Shown: positions 10,288-20,285, counted from the stretch's first letter. The stretch: DNA of 64,000 nucleotides from Nitrosopumilus sp. (GCA_965205215.1 OZ242041.1:736001-800000); one strand, 5' to 3'. Notes: generated by a model not told the origin, from the sequence alone. Made by a program: numbers and translations.

Positions 10288-10914
10288 CACCCGCACGAGC
10301 GTCATTCTGGTCTCGGCCGTCTCTGCGGGCGGGTCAGCTCCGTGTTCTGTCGCCATCGCCGCCGCATCATACACGGGGGCGTCTGCCATGACCTCTGCGC
10401 CCATGCCCGCCCACCTCCCTGCCATGTTCCGCAGGGTGCGGCGTCCGTCCATCGCGCCCTCCGCTGCGCCGGACCACTCGCAGCTCATCACGTGCTTTCT
10501 TGCCACCCTGTACATCTCGCGCATCCCGCCTGCCAGCGTATCCTCGTCAAGATAGTTCAGCAGCCTGTGCGTGAACACCAGGTCTATCGACGAGTCTGCA
10601 AACGGCATGTCAGTAATCATCCCCCTTGCAAAGCAGCCGGACCGCACGCCATCCCTCGCGGCCCCGACTGCCACGTGGTTGGGGTCGAGCCCGAATACGT
10701 GCACTCCGTCTGGCACCAGCCTGAGGTCGACGCCGGTCCCGCACCCCACCTCGAGCACGCTTGCGCAGCGCAGCTCGCCGGCCGTGTACGCCACCCTGCC
10801 TGCAAACCCCGCATCGTACCTTGACTCGTTTGATCTGGCGTACTCGTCCCAGAAATTCTTGTCATACCTGCCGTGGTGCCGCGGTGATCCGCCCATGCCT
10901 CTCGCAGTCTTCAT
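10282..10914 (-). CDS. Class I SAM-dependent methyltransferase
   Basis: VLEVGCGTG motif I, MPFADSSIDLVF. Confidence 0.85.
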   Translation of the reverse strand: MKTARGMGGSPRHHGRYDKNFWDEYARSNESRYDAGFAGRVAYTAGELRCASVLEVGCGTGVDLRLVPDGVHVFGLDPNHVAVGAARDGVRSGCFARGMITDMPFADSSIDLVFTHRLLNYLDEDTLAGGMREMYRVARKHVMSCEWSGAAEGAMDGRRTLRNMAGRWAGMGAEVMADAPVYDAAAMATEHGADPPAETAETRMTLVRVS

Positions 10915-10935
10915 CCACCGTGTCGCCCCGCGCGC

Positions 10936-11100
10936 TCAGTGCCTGCAGCAGCACTTTACCATTACCGTGTCAAACGTGCAGTCGTGGGGCCCGCCGTCGC
11001 CTGACCTGCCCGCCGTCGGGATCTCCACCATGCACTCGGCGTGCCTTCCCTTCTTGCAGAACCAGCACACCCCGTCGCTGTCATTCTCGGCGCAGTCCAC
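10936..11100 (-). CDS. Small Cys/His-rich protein, 54 aa (absent from ORF track)
   Basis: Hand translation from GTG: (M)DCAENDSDGVCWFCKKGRHAECMVEIPTAGRSGDGGPHDCTFDTVMVKCCCRH*; AT-rich TATA-like tract at 11121-11137; co-oriented with the methyltransferase. Confidence 0.7.
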   Translation of the reverse strand: MDCAENDSDGVCWFCKKGRHAECMVEIPTAGRSGDGGPHDCTFDTVMVKCCCRH

Positions 11101-11209
11101 GCGTGACGTGGCGCGGCCTGATTAAAAAACCATTAATCTCAGGCGCCGGGTGTGGTCCGGACGGGCGGCGCCGCGCCCTGACGTGATCAATTGGTGCTGG
11201 TCGGCGCAG

Positions 11210-12124
11210 TCAGATGAACGTGAGCCACTGCCTGAACCTCTTGTCCTTGCCCATGGCGGCGCCCACGAACGACTTTTGCAGCGCCTTTGTGACGCGGCCC
11301 ATCCTGCCGCTCCCTATTCTAGTGCGGTCGACCTGCGTGACGGACTTTACCTCGGCGGCCGTGCCCGTCATGAATATCTCGTCGGCCGTGTACAGGTCGG
11401 CCCTGTACAGGTCGTACTCTGATATGTCGATGCCGTCGGCCGCGGCTATCTTTATGACGCTGTCCCTGGTGATCCCGCTGAGGCACCCGGTCGAGAGCGG
11501 GGGCGTCAGTATGCGCCCGTCCGTGCATATGAAGATGTTCTCCGCGCTGCCCTCTGCGACCCTCCCGTCGCCGTTGAGCATGATGGCCTCGTCGTAGCCG
11601 TTCTCCAGCGCCTCGACCCTTGCGAGCGCGGCGTTGGAATAGTTGGCGGCCGCCTTTGCCTGCACGGGCTGCGCCCTCGGGTCGATCCTGATCCAGCTCG
11701 ACACCATGCATCTTGCCCCTGAGAACTTGCCTGCCTTCGACTCGCCCATCTTCCAGGGCCAGCAGGATATGGAGACGTCCACCTTGTTCTTTGTGGGGGT
11801 GAGCCCCATCTCGCCGTACCCGTAGTATGCCAGGGGCCTGATATAGCACTCCTTGAGCCTGCATGCGCGCACCGTGTCGACGATGGCGTCTGCAATCTGG
11901 CCCTTGGTATATCTAATCTTCATCGAGTACATCTTTGCGGAGCGGAACATCCTGTCCACGTGGTCGTCCAGCCTGAATATGGCGGGGCCCTCCGGCGTGT
12001 TATAGCACCTGATCCCCTCGAACACCGACGTCGAGTAGTGCAGCGCGTGCGTCAGGACGTGCACCTTTGCATCGGCAAACGGCACCAGCTTCCCGTTCAT
12101 CCATATCTTGCCGGACTCTTTCAT
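11210..12124 (-). CDS. ilvE: Branched-chain amino acid aminotransferase
   Basis: HALHYSTSVFEGIR, YIRP, AKAAANY, EGSAENIF, LSGITR, GTAAEV; alternative start 12142. Confidence 0.96.
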   Translation of the reverse strand: MKESGKIWMNGKLVPFADAKVHVLTHALHYSTSVFEGIRCYNTPEGPAIFRLDDHVDRMFRSAKMYSMKIRYTKGQIADAIVDTVRACRLKECYIRPLAYYGYGEMGLTPTKNKVDVSISCWPWKMGESKAGKFSGARCMVSSWIRIDPRAQPVQAKAAANYSNAALARVEALENGYDEAIMLNGDGRVAEGSAENIFICTDGRILTPPLSTGCLSGITRDSVIKIAAADGIDISEYDLYRADLYTADEIFMTGTAAEVKSVTQVDRTRIGSGRMGRVTKALQKSFVGAAMGKDKRFRQWLTFI

Positions 12125-12307
12125 AGCGGGGCCAAAATGCATGCTAATTTAAAGAATGCACGCCGCGTTGCGGGACTACCGTATGGCGGCGCCGCGCGCG
12201 GGCGGGACCTGGGGCTACATCACGTCGGTCTGGCGCAGCGCTACTGCCTCGAGTCTTGGCCTCCGCCGAACCCCAAGCTAGAAATCTTACGTGTGCGTAT
12301 GTAATGC

Positions 12308-12511
12308 GTGGACTGGACGCTGGGGTTTGTCGCAATCGCGCTGCTTGTGGCGGGGCTCGTGGGCCAGGCCTTTGAGATGCGCCGCATCCGGGTGGCGCAG
12401 AGCGGCAGCGAGATGGGCTCGCCCAGCGTGTTCACGCACCGCTCCAACTTCAAGTGGTATGCCATAATAGGCGCCGGCATCATAATCTGGTACGTGGCCG
12501 AAAGGAGCTAG
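12308..12511 (+). CDS. Small two-helix membrane protein
   Basis: Two hydrophobic segments separated by a polar loop; GTG start. Confidence 0.65.
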   Translation: MDWTLGFVAIALLVAGLVGQAFEMRRIRVAQSGSEMGSPSVFTHRSNFKWYAIIGAGIIIWYVAERS

Positions 12512-12569
12512 ATCCAGACCCGATCTATATAGATCAGCCATAAATACTCAGACGTACAACATATGTCAA

Positions 12570-12660
12570 GCGTGTTAAGGGTAACGCCCGGGCTGAATCA
12601 TGATACAGGCCCAAGAACAAACCCTTGATGGCGGTAACGGGAAACCGTTAACGCCAATAC
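12570..12660 (+). ncRNA. Candidate structured small RNA (strand uncertain)
   Basis: GTTAAGGGT (12574-82) pairs with ACCCTTGAT (12621-29) and encloses a GGGCTG/CAGGCCC hairpin; a second hairpin GGCGGTAACGG-GAAA-CCGTTAACGCC (12630-55) follows; AT-rich promoter-like sequence at 12524-12548. Confidence 0.45.
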
Positions 12661-12685
12661 TAATCCGGTTGCGGGCGGCTGCGCG

Positions 12686-14125
12686 CTAGCCCGCGGCCAC
12701 TATCTCGCCGTGTATCGACGCGATGGCCCTTGCGACGTTGTCGGCCGCGTCCTCTATTACGATGATTATCCTGGACGTCTCCTCCTGCGCGTCCATGTTC
12801 AGTATGTTGAGCCCCGCCGAGCCGACGCACGCGCTGGCCCTTGACGCGACCTGCTGCGCGCGCCACATCTCGTCGCCGATCAGCGTGACCACCCCGCGGT
12901 TGTACGTTATGGTGGCAAGCGAGTCGAACGCCATAAAGTACTTCTCATTGCGCCGGATGTAGTCGGCGTCCAGGAACAGCATGCGCCCGAACTCGGTTCC
13001 GTCCTTCGTATACGGGGACAGTATGACAAACTCGCTGTACCTCTTGTCGTTTTCAAGCGACGTGAGCAGCCTCTCCATCGCGGCCTTTTCTATCCTGAAT
13101 ATGGCGCAGTTTGACTTGCCCGTGACCATCTTGATCGGGCTCGAGGATCCGTCGGGATCCAGCGCCCTCGTGATGGTGGTGGTCTTTTCGGGGCGGTTCA
13201 GGTTCGTTATGATGATGGGAACGTCCGCCCCGTTCTCCACTATCTCCTTGATCGCGATCGGGTCGAGTATCTTCATCCCGAACATCCCCGCGAGCCTGGC
13301 CTCGTTGTACGACAGCTGGGGCACCTCGCTGAGGTCGTCCTTCACTATCTTGGGGTCCGCGGAGACCACGGAGCTGTCCTTTTCAAAGTCGATGCTAGCG
13401 TCGTATTCCTTGTGGAACAGTATGGCGACGTCGGCCGCCGTGCGGTCGGTGCCGCCGCGCTCGTACGTGGTGATCGTGCCGTCCGTGGTGCGGCCGATAA
13501 AGCCGCCGATCGAGACCGCGTCGTTTGCCTCGAGCATCGCCTCCATGGGCCCCAGGCGCTTCCTTGACTCCTCGGCAAGAAAGTTCGACGACTCGATGTT
13601 GCTGTCGGTGATGATGGGCCAGTTGTCCAGCTCGACTGAGTCCGACCTGATGCCGTTGTGCGCCAGTATGTGCTTCATTATGTGCGACATTAGGACCTCG
13701 CCGGAGAACGCGAGCGCCCTTGACCTGACCTCGCCCTCAAACCTCCTCTCCGTGCGCGCCTCCTCTAGCGCCTCCCGGGTCCTTGCAAGGCCCTCTTCTG
13801 CGATGGCGCCGCACGCGCCTGCAGTCTCGGCCGTAGCCCCGCGCAGGTTGCTGCGCATCAGCGCGGCGTACGCGTCCGTGACTGTATCAAGCGAGTATTC
13901 TGCACCCGACTCGGCGTTTCTGCCCTGCTCCAGTACGATGTCAGTCAGCGAGCGTATGGTGCCGTCCTGGTTGGCGGTGAGGGGGGCCGAGAACACCGCG
14001 ACCACCTTGGTGTCCGCGTCACGCTTCAGCTCCCTTATGCGCTCGACTATCCTTGGTATGTGCACGCCGTTGGGGCCGAGCGCGCTGCCGCCAAACTTTG
14101 CTATGACCAGCCTCTTCTTTGCCAT
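12686..14125 (-). CDS. lysC: Aspartate kinase
   Basis: AKFGGSAL, GGFIG, ERGGTDRTA, SADPKIV, LSYNEA, C-terminal ACT domain. Confidence 0.92.
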   Translation of the reverse strand: MAKKRLVIAKFGGSALGPNGVHIPRIVERIRELKRDADTKVVAVFSAPLTANQDGTIRSLTDIVLEQGRNAESGAEYSLDTVTDAYAALMRSNLRGATAETAGACGAIAEEGLARTREALEEARTERRFEGEVRSRALAFSGEVLMSHIMKHILAHNGIRSDSVELDNWPIITDSNIESSNFLAEESRKRLGPMEAMLEANDAVSIGGFIGRTTDGTITTYERGGTDRTAADVAILFHKEYDASIDFEKDSSVVSADPKIVKDDLSEVPQLSYNEARLAGMFGMKILDPIAIKEIVENGADVPIIITNLNRPEKTTTITRALDPDGSSSPIKMVTGKSNCAIFRIEKAAMERLLTSLENDKRYSEFVILSPYTKDGTEFGRMLFLDADYIRRNEKYFMAFDSLATITYNRGVVTLIGDEMWRAQQVASRASACVGSAGLNILNMDAQEETSRIIIVIEDAADNVARAIASIHGEIVAAG

Positions 14126-14223
14126 GACAAGGTATCGGACAGTCCATCTATATGTTGATCACCGGCGGGCCGCAAACCCGGGGGCGAGACGGTGCGGATG
14201 CGGCAGCGGCTCGCCGCCACCAC

Positions 14224-15294
14224 TTATCTGGCGACAACCGATGCAATCAGCTTGGCCGCGTCCACGGCCCCGGCCGCGGCCCCGGCCGGCCTGCGCGGCT
14301 CGTCAAGCTTTGCGCCTATAATTTCTGCAAGCCTGTCGATGTCGGATGCCACAAACCCGAGCCTTGCCGCGTTTGCCTCCTGCTCAAAGTGGCCTGCAAT
14401 CGGGATGAACACGGACGGCGTGCCTGCCGCCTCCGCCTCGTCAATGGTCGAGCGCCCGGCAAGCGAGACCAGCACGTCTGCTGCCAGGATCAGCTCGTGG
14501 AGGTTGTCCACGTATCCCATGACCCTGGCGTTGCGGCCGCGGGCTCCTCTCATTTCTGCGGCCGCGACTGCAATCGAGGGACCGGAAACTATCACCGTCT
14601 CCGTGTTGCCCCCGTCCCCGCCGCGGTCAACTTCGGCCATGGCGTCCAACACGCGGTCGATCAGAAAGGCCCCCGCGTCCGTGCCGCCGACTGACACCAG
14701 CACGGTCTTCTTCTCAAACCCGCAAGCTCGACGGATCTCCTCCCTTGTCCTGCCCGGACTTCTCGTTATGGGGCCTACCCTGAACACGTTTCCGGCACTG
14801 TGGCCGGTCTCCGGCATTATCACGGCATCGCATTTTTCCATCATTCCGCGCATGGCCCTGTTCATCCTCCCCTCGATGGCGGTGCCGGGCCAGCCCGCCG
14901 TAAAGCTGGTCTGCAGTATGTCGGTAATTAGTATCGTCTTGATTCCCATCTCCTGCGCCACGGCAACCGATGCAAAGTCCTCGTCGCTCACCACCGCGTC
15001 CGGGTTCTCGCGCGCGATGATCCTGGACGCGATCCTCTTGCAGTCCTTGTAGTACCGGTAGTATCTCCACAGCCACCTTGCGGGGTTTCTGAGCCTGCCG
15101 TTTTCGTCGACCTCGAACCTCGGGGGCCTGTACTCGTCGCGGACCGACTCCCCGGCGCCTGCAAGCAGGCGCGCCGCGCCGCCGCCGGTCGTAAAGCTGA
15201 CGCCCGATCCTAGGCGCGCCGAGATCGCCGCGTCGCGCGTGGCGTGCCCGAGGCCTATGGGGCTTGTGAAGAAGCTGATTCTCTTGTCTGGCAT
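14224..15294 (-). CDS. GT-B glycosyltransferase (MurG/GT28-like)
   Basis: GLGHATR, SVGGT, AGRSTIDEA, HFEQEANA; start reassigned to ATG 15294. Confidence 0.85.
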   Translation of the reverse strand: MPDKRISFFTSPIGLGHATRDAAISARLGSGVSFTTGGGAARLLAGAGESVRDEYRPPRFEVDENGRLRNPARWLWRYYRYYKDCKRIASRIIARENPDAVVSDEDFASVAVAQEMGIKTILITDILQTSFTAGWPGTAIEGRMNRAMRGMMEKCDAVIMPETGHSAGNVFRVGPITRSPGRTREEIRRACGFEKKTVLVSVGGTDAGAFLIDRVLDAMAEVDRGGDGGNTETVIVSGPSIAVAAAEMRGARGRNARVMGYVDNLHELILAADVLVSLAGRSTIDEAEAAGTPSVFIPIAGHFEQEANAARLGFVASDIDRLAEIIGAKLDEPRRPAGAAAGAVDAAKLIASVVAR

Positions 15295-15453
15295 GGACGT
15301 ATCCTCTTTTTGCATGCATGAATTTCTAGCTTCTTTGGCCGTTTCATCTGCAACCGTCGCCGGCCGGCCGACAGGAACTTGGGTAGGCAGCTGCCGTGCG
15401 CAAGGGCCGGCCTCCACTCAAGATTTAAATGGATTTTGGCAGCGTCTGCCCTT

Positions 15454-15528
15454 GGGCTCATAGTCCAGCTCGGTTATGACGTCGCCCTTACACGGCGAAG
15501 ATCCGGGGTTCAAATCCCCGTGGGCCCA
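15454..15528 (+). tRNA. tRNA-Val(TAC)
   Basis: Cloverleaf: acceptor GGGCTCA/TGGGCCC, anticodon arm TCGCC-CTTACAC-GGCGA, T-loop GGTTCAAATCC; TTTAAAT about 30 bp upstream. Confidence 0.96.
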
Positions 15529-15768
15529 TTTCTGCCTTGTTTGAATCGGTTTTAATTCGAACTTTGCCGCCTAAACCCGTGCCTGTCAACGTATAGGTTG
15601 GGGATGATTTAACATTTAACCCTGCTGGTTGAGTTCAAATTACTTCCGATTCAAACTCTGCAAGGTATGGATTCAATAACACACGTATAGAGGAAGGTCG
15701 GACATCGACGCGGGCGGAATTTATATAGATACTTGCTAAATCTTTTATTCTACCGATGTACACAGCAC

Positions 15769-16056
15769 ATGATGGCATACAGACGAAAACGAGGAAACAT
15801 CCGCAGGAACGCCGCGCAGGGCAGGCGAGCGGAACGCATGGTGCGTAGAAAGTACAAAATGCGGGGGTACAGTATACGACGCACTGGATACGGGCACGAC
15901 TTCAAGGCGACTCGACGCAACATCTTTGGAGGCAAGGAGACCAAGTTCGTCGAGGTGAAGTCTGGAAATGGCCAGCTGTCCCCCACACAGTGGCGCGCAA
16001 AACGTAGGCTTGGCTCCCGATATGTTGTAGAGCGCGTGGCAGTCAGTTGGTGGTGA
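15769..16056 (+). CDS. Small basic PD-(D/E)XK nuclease-like protein (DUF3883/Hjc-like)
   Basis: G-x-x-A-E helix, GHDF and FVEVKS catalytic-like motifs, LSPTQ. Confidence 0.65.
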   Translation: MMAYRRKRGNIRRNAAQGRRAERMVRRKYKMRGYSIRRTGYGHDFKATRRNIFGGKETKFVEVKSGNGQLSPTQWRAKRRLGSRYVVERVAVSWW

Positions 16057-16248
16057 AGAATATGACCGCAGACCCTGTTGCAAAATTGTCGGTCCTTGCT
16101 ATAATAATAGTGCCCTCGGTGATACCAAACTGATCAATGAAATCTAGGGAGTTTGGTGTGTTGCCGCGAGACTCCACTTTCACGCAGGCACCGGATCTTG
16201 CCAGACGAGGATGTCTTTCTTTAAATACTACTATCCCTAACTTGATGT

Positions 16249-16566
16249 ATGTACATAACACTGGATCAAGTGCTATCATATCCAGAACAATGGGTTGATA
16301 CGAGCTACCTGAGATCAGACGGCAAGATCGAGTACAGAGAAAGGAAAAAGTTTGGGAACGCGCATGCGGTTTTTGAACGAGGCCAACGATACGGAGTCAT
16401 TCATCATGATCGATACAATGCGACCGACTTTCCTGTGGGGATGGTCAGGCACGCCTCGCAATTCGTTGAGGAAAAAACGGGAATTCCGGAGAAAGCAACC
16501 ACTGCTGCCATAGCTGTGACGGCGGTTGGTGCTCTCGCCTACGCGATCTACAAGATCAGCAAGTAG
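16249..16566 (+). CDS. Small hypothetical protein with C-terminal membrane helix
   Basis: HHDRYNATDFPVGMVRH motif followed by a hydrophobic tail AAIAVTAVGALAYAIY-KISK. Confidence 0.65.
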   Translation: MYITLDQVLSYPEQWVDTSYLRSDGKIEYRERKKFGNAHAVFERGQRYGVIHHDRYNATDFPVGMVRHASQFVEEKTGIPEKATTAAIAVTAVGALAYAIYKISK

Positions 16567-16989
16567 AACAGCTGTCATCACGCGCCTCTTTCCCATCCGA
16601 CGTGTCCAGATGGTGTCTGCAGGATGAACGGTTTTTGCAATACCATCAGACTCACTGATCCTGTTCCGTCTCTATGCTTCATACTGATTGACTGTCGGTA
16701 CGTAGAAAGCCGCCGATGCCTACCAAGATTTGCTATCCTGAACGTTAGTAGTGGCAGGCAGAGATCCACTGCGTCGAGAATCAACCGTAGCGGTATAGGA
16801 CATCTGACACAGGATACCAACGCCGGTACTGCTTCCAAGTCGTGATATAGACACGCCCTGATTCCGATGAGAATCGGGGAACCCCCGGCAGGGTATGCTA
16901 ACGATCCAAGCGCTGTCGTCCCTCTTGTCTGAATTTCAGAGAAGATCGCGATTCCCATACCTAGAATCCATATCACGAATTGGAAGCGG

Positions 16990-17264
16990 TACCTGGCCTG
17001 CCGGGCTGCATCGGAGCCGTCAAGCGAGCTGCGCCCTCCTGCCAGGAACTTCTCCTTCCACATGTATACCGTCCTCGGCACTAGGTTGTACTGGCGGCAC
17101 AGCTCGGCCACGCTGGTCTCCGGATTGAACGTCTGAAGGATTATCCGGATCTTCTCGTCCGTACTCCGTCTTGTCTTCTTGTCTGTCATGTTCCGTATCG
17201 CCTCCACGCGCTAAAGTGTGCATTGATGATCGATCTCCTTCTAGCAAGGCTCCCGCCAATGACA
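16990..17264 (-). pseudogene. Truncated IS (IS3-like OrfA HTH transposase fragment)
   Basis: MTDKKTRRSTDEKIRII...SVAELCRQYNLVPRTVYMWKEKF from ATG 17189; TGTCA end at 17264; no catalytic domain follows. Confidence 0.75.
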
Positions 17265-17274
17265 ATTTATAACA

Positions 17275-19239
17275 ATGCAGGCTGTATCCGGACTCATGCC
17301 AAGATCGTACTATTCTTGTGAGCTGTCAAAGTTTCTGGACGATGACAGAGGAGTTATACTGGAAACGATACTTGGCAACGATATTTTTGAGCCAGACAAG
17401 AAGCAGATCGCCGCATGGAAGGAGCAGATCGACATATTGAAAGATCAGCTTTGTGATCTGGGGTCGGGCCGAATCATGTTCGAGTATTCCATACCCAGAA
17501 TGGGCAAGAGAGTGGATAACGTCCTGATCTATTCAGACTTTGTCTTTGTGATGGAGTTCAAGGTGAACAAGACGGTGTATCAGAAACAAGATGAGGATCA
17601 GTGCATTGACTACGCGCTAGATCTCAAGAACTTTCATGAAGCAAGCCACTGCGCATCGATAGTACCGATCCTTGTGTCAACAAAAGCCGGCGCAGCAGAT
17701 CCCGCTGGGATTGGAAAGTGCAGCGATGGGGTGTACGATCTCGCACGGACAAACAAGGACGGCATAACTTGCGTCATAAGACACGTCAGTGACGAAGCGC
17801 CCGGCTGCAGAATCGCCGTCTCGGATTGGGAACGCTCTAGGTACAGCCCCACCCCTACAATTACGGAGGCCGCCACTGCACTGTGCAGCAACATCTCGGG
17901 ACTTGATGGCATAACCCGTTCTGATGATGACACAAAAAACCTGAGCGTCACCGCGGGCGCCGTCGCCGAGATAATCGAGGAATCAAAGAGGAACAGGGCA
18001 AAGTCAATCTGTTTTATCACGGGGGTTCCGGGATCTGGCAAGACGCTGGCCGCGCTCAACGTAGTGTGCGACAGGCTGAATCGAAAGGATGAGCGGGCCG
18101 TGCTGCTGTCGGGCAACAAGACGCTTGTAGACGTCCTCCGAGAGTCGCTTAGGAGGGGCGTGGACTGCATGGAGCAGTATGGCGGTACTGCGGCAGCGGC
18201 CTCGCTCATACAGCATATTCCGACGTTCAGGGACGCGATAGCAGACGACAGAGCGCCTCCCGAGAAGATCGTCGTATTTGATGAGGCGCAGAGGGCCTGG
18301 TCGGCCGAAAAGCTCTCCAAGAATGACAGGATCAAGGGAAAGGCGCGTCAGGGAAAGTCGGATCCGGAGCTGCTGATCGGCGCGATGGACAGGCACGACG
18401 ACTGGGCAGTCGTAGTGTGCCTGATCGGAGAAGGACAGGAGATCCATGACGGGGAGGTCGGACTGTCTGGGTGGATCGAGGCCGTAAAAGAGGGGTATCC
18501 GGAGTGGCGTGTATATCACCCAAGCGAGATCAAGGACCGCGCATATCTGGGCGGAGTAGCTCCAGAACTGCTGAATAACGTAGATCACAGGACGCGCGCC
18601 GGCCTGCACTTGGGCATGTCGATCCGATCCTTCCGGGGCGAGATGCTTGCGGACTTGATCAGGGAGGTTCTGGACTGCCGGATAGAGAGGGCACAAAGCA
18701 TCTGGAAGGAGCTGGCAGGTCGGTACCCGATTGTAGTAACGCGCGATATTGACAGTGCAAAACGGTGGGTCAGGGACAGAGCGCGCGGAACCGAGAGGTA
18801 CGGCATCGTTGCAAGCTCCGGAGCCAAGAGGCTGAAGCCGTACGGGATATACGTGAGATCCAAAATCGAGCCCACGAAGTGGTTTCTGGCAGGTAAAGAC
18901 GATCTGCGCTCCTCATATTACATGGAAGACACTGCTACGGAATTCGAGATACAGGGCCTTGAGCTGGACTGGGTTTGCCTCGCGTGGGACGCAAACCTAA
19001 GATATGACAATGGTGGGTGGTTGCACCGTACATTCTACGGACGGGACTGGAGGCCAATCCGCCAAGAAAGGGATCGATTGCATCTGGTCAACGCATACAG
19101 GGTGTTACTGACTAGGGCCAGACAGGGGATAGTCATATTTGTGCCGAAGGGGGACGACGAGGACGCCACACGAAGATCCGAGTTCTATGACGGGACGTAT
19201 GGATTCCTCAGAAAGATCGGGTTCGATGAGATTGCGTGA
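17275..19239 (+). CDS. DUF2075 / Schlafen group-3-like DNA/RNA helicase with N-terminal nuclease-like domain
   Basis: N-terminal RVD...MEFK; Walker A GVPGSGKT; FDEAQRAW; GEGQEI; EFEIQGLELDW; NAYRVLLTRARQG. Confidence 0.88.
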   Translation: MQAVSGLMPRSYYSCELSKFLDDDRGVILETILGNDIFEPDKKQIAAWKEQIDILKDQLCDLGSGRIMFEYSIPRMGKRVDNVLIYSDFVFVMEFKVNKTVYQKQDEDQCIDYALDLKNFHEASHCASIVPILVSTKAGAADPAGIGKCSDGVYDLARTNKDGITCVIRHVSDEAPGCRIAVSDWERSRYSPTPTITEAATALCSNISGLDGITRSDDDTKNLSVTAGAVAEIIEESKRNRAKSICFITGVPGSGKTLAALNVVCDRLNRKDERAVLLSGNKTLVDVLRESLRRGVDCMEQYGGTAAAASLIQHIPTFRDAIADDRAPPEKIVVFDEAQRAWSAEKLSKNDRIKGKARQGKSDPELLIGAMDRHDDWAVVVCLIGEGQEIHDGEVGLSGWIEAVKEGYPEWRVYHPSEIKDRAYLGGVAPELLNNVDHRTRAGLHLGMSIRSFRGEMLADLIREVLDCRIERAQSIWKELAGRYPIVVTRDIDSAKRWVRDRARGTERYGIVASSGAKRLKPYGIYVRSKIEPTKWFLAGKDDLRSSYYMEDTATEFEIQGLELDWVCLAWDANLRYDNGGWLHRTFYGRDWRPIRQERDRLHLVNAYRVLLTRARQGIVIFVPKGDDEDATRRSEFYDGTYGFLRKIGFDEIA

Positions 19240-19532
19240 CGCGAACCGCCTGGAATGTGTCTGCGCAGACGTGATCTGGTAAAGACCCCTCAAATTGATA
19301 ACCTTGCTCCAAAACCTCCGTTTTCCATCCAGAACATCTCTACTATGCGGATTGCCTCTCTCTAGTACCGCTTGCATACGAAGCGTATTCTGATCGAGAT
19401 TACTCTGCTCCTTCCCTTAGTCACCCCGTGGCCCCCTACTGGTGCAAATTTGTTTCCATTCAGGTGGTCTCAATGTGGCGGGATCCAACCACGCGGCACA
19501 GATCTGCATGCGAGACGCGGCAGGTTGCCTGC

Positions 19533-20285
19533 TCACGTTATGTTTGCCGGCAGATCCGACAGCTTCCTGATCCGTGATTCGTCTGCAAACCTGTCGTCCT
19601 TGACCCTGTCGGGCACGTACAGGAATATTCCGTGATCAACGATGTTCTGAGCCACCCTGTTGGACAGTACCTCGTTCTGCAGGATTGTCAGCAGGTGAAT
19701 AATCTGGCCCTGGTTGTGGAGGAACAAACGCCGCCTCCATCGATCCCGCAGCGACGTCTTCAGGGACAGGAAGTGCGTTCTGTCGGGCGACGCGACGGCA
19801 GTCTCCCTGTCGGGTATGACAAGGTCTATCCTGTTCAGCCCGGCCCTTTTACCCCCCCGGGTCACGCGCTCGCTTGGTATTCCAATGATGTGGAGCAGCT
19901 CCTGCACTATGGCTTCGAAGCTGCTTCCGGCCCTGGATGATCGTGACTGGCTAAGGCTCTTCTCCATCCTGATGGCTTCCGTGACTGCCGTCCTGAACAT
20001 CTCATGTGCCTCTTCTCTGCCAAGGGAACTGCTCCATTTTGATAGAAACGTTTCCTCTGCAAAGGAGTTGATCGTGTTTTCCTCGTACCTCTTGTACGTC
20101 TCATACGTCACGCTGAACACCTTCTCCAAAGCATCCGAAAAGTGGCTTCTGACAAAGTCGGGCTTCAGCATTTCAGGGCTATCCCTATGGATCTGTTCTA
20201 TGGACTCGAGTATGATCTCAGACGTACTTGGAATGTCTGTCTTGGCGGCCAATATCCACCCTTCTACAAGCATGCCTATAAGCAA
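19533..20285 (-). CDS. Type II restriction endonuclease, EcoRII C-terminal-like domain
   Basis: SRSSRAGSSFE, RIDLVIP, SLKTSLRDRW motifs. Confidence 0.75.
   Translation of the reverse strand: MLIGMLVEGWILAAKTDIPSTSEIILESIEQIHRDSPEMLKPDFVRSHFSDALEKVFSVTYETYKRYEENTINSFAEETFLSKWSSSLGREEAHEMFRTAVTEAIRMEKSLSQSRSSRAGSSFEAIVQELLHIIGIPSERVTRGGKRAGLNRIDLVIPDRETAVASPDRTHFLSLKTSLRDRWRRRLFLHNQGQIIHLLTILQNEVLSNRVAQNIVDHGIFLYVPDRVKDDRFADESRIRKLSDLPANIT

Noticed and set aside
16573-17264. Complete IS3-like element bounded by TGTCAT ends
   Set aside because: Only 6 bp match, no target duplication and no catalytic ORF; kept only as a fragment
19290-19360. Minus-strand IRIVEMF...GGF as a C5-methyltransferase remnant
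   Set aside because: Resemblance too short and no downstream PC/ENV motifs
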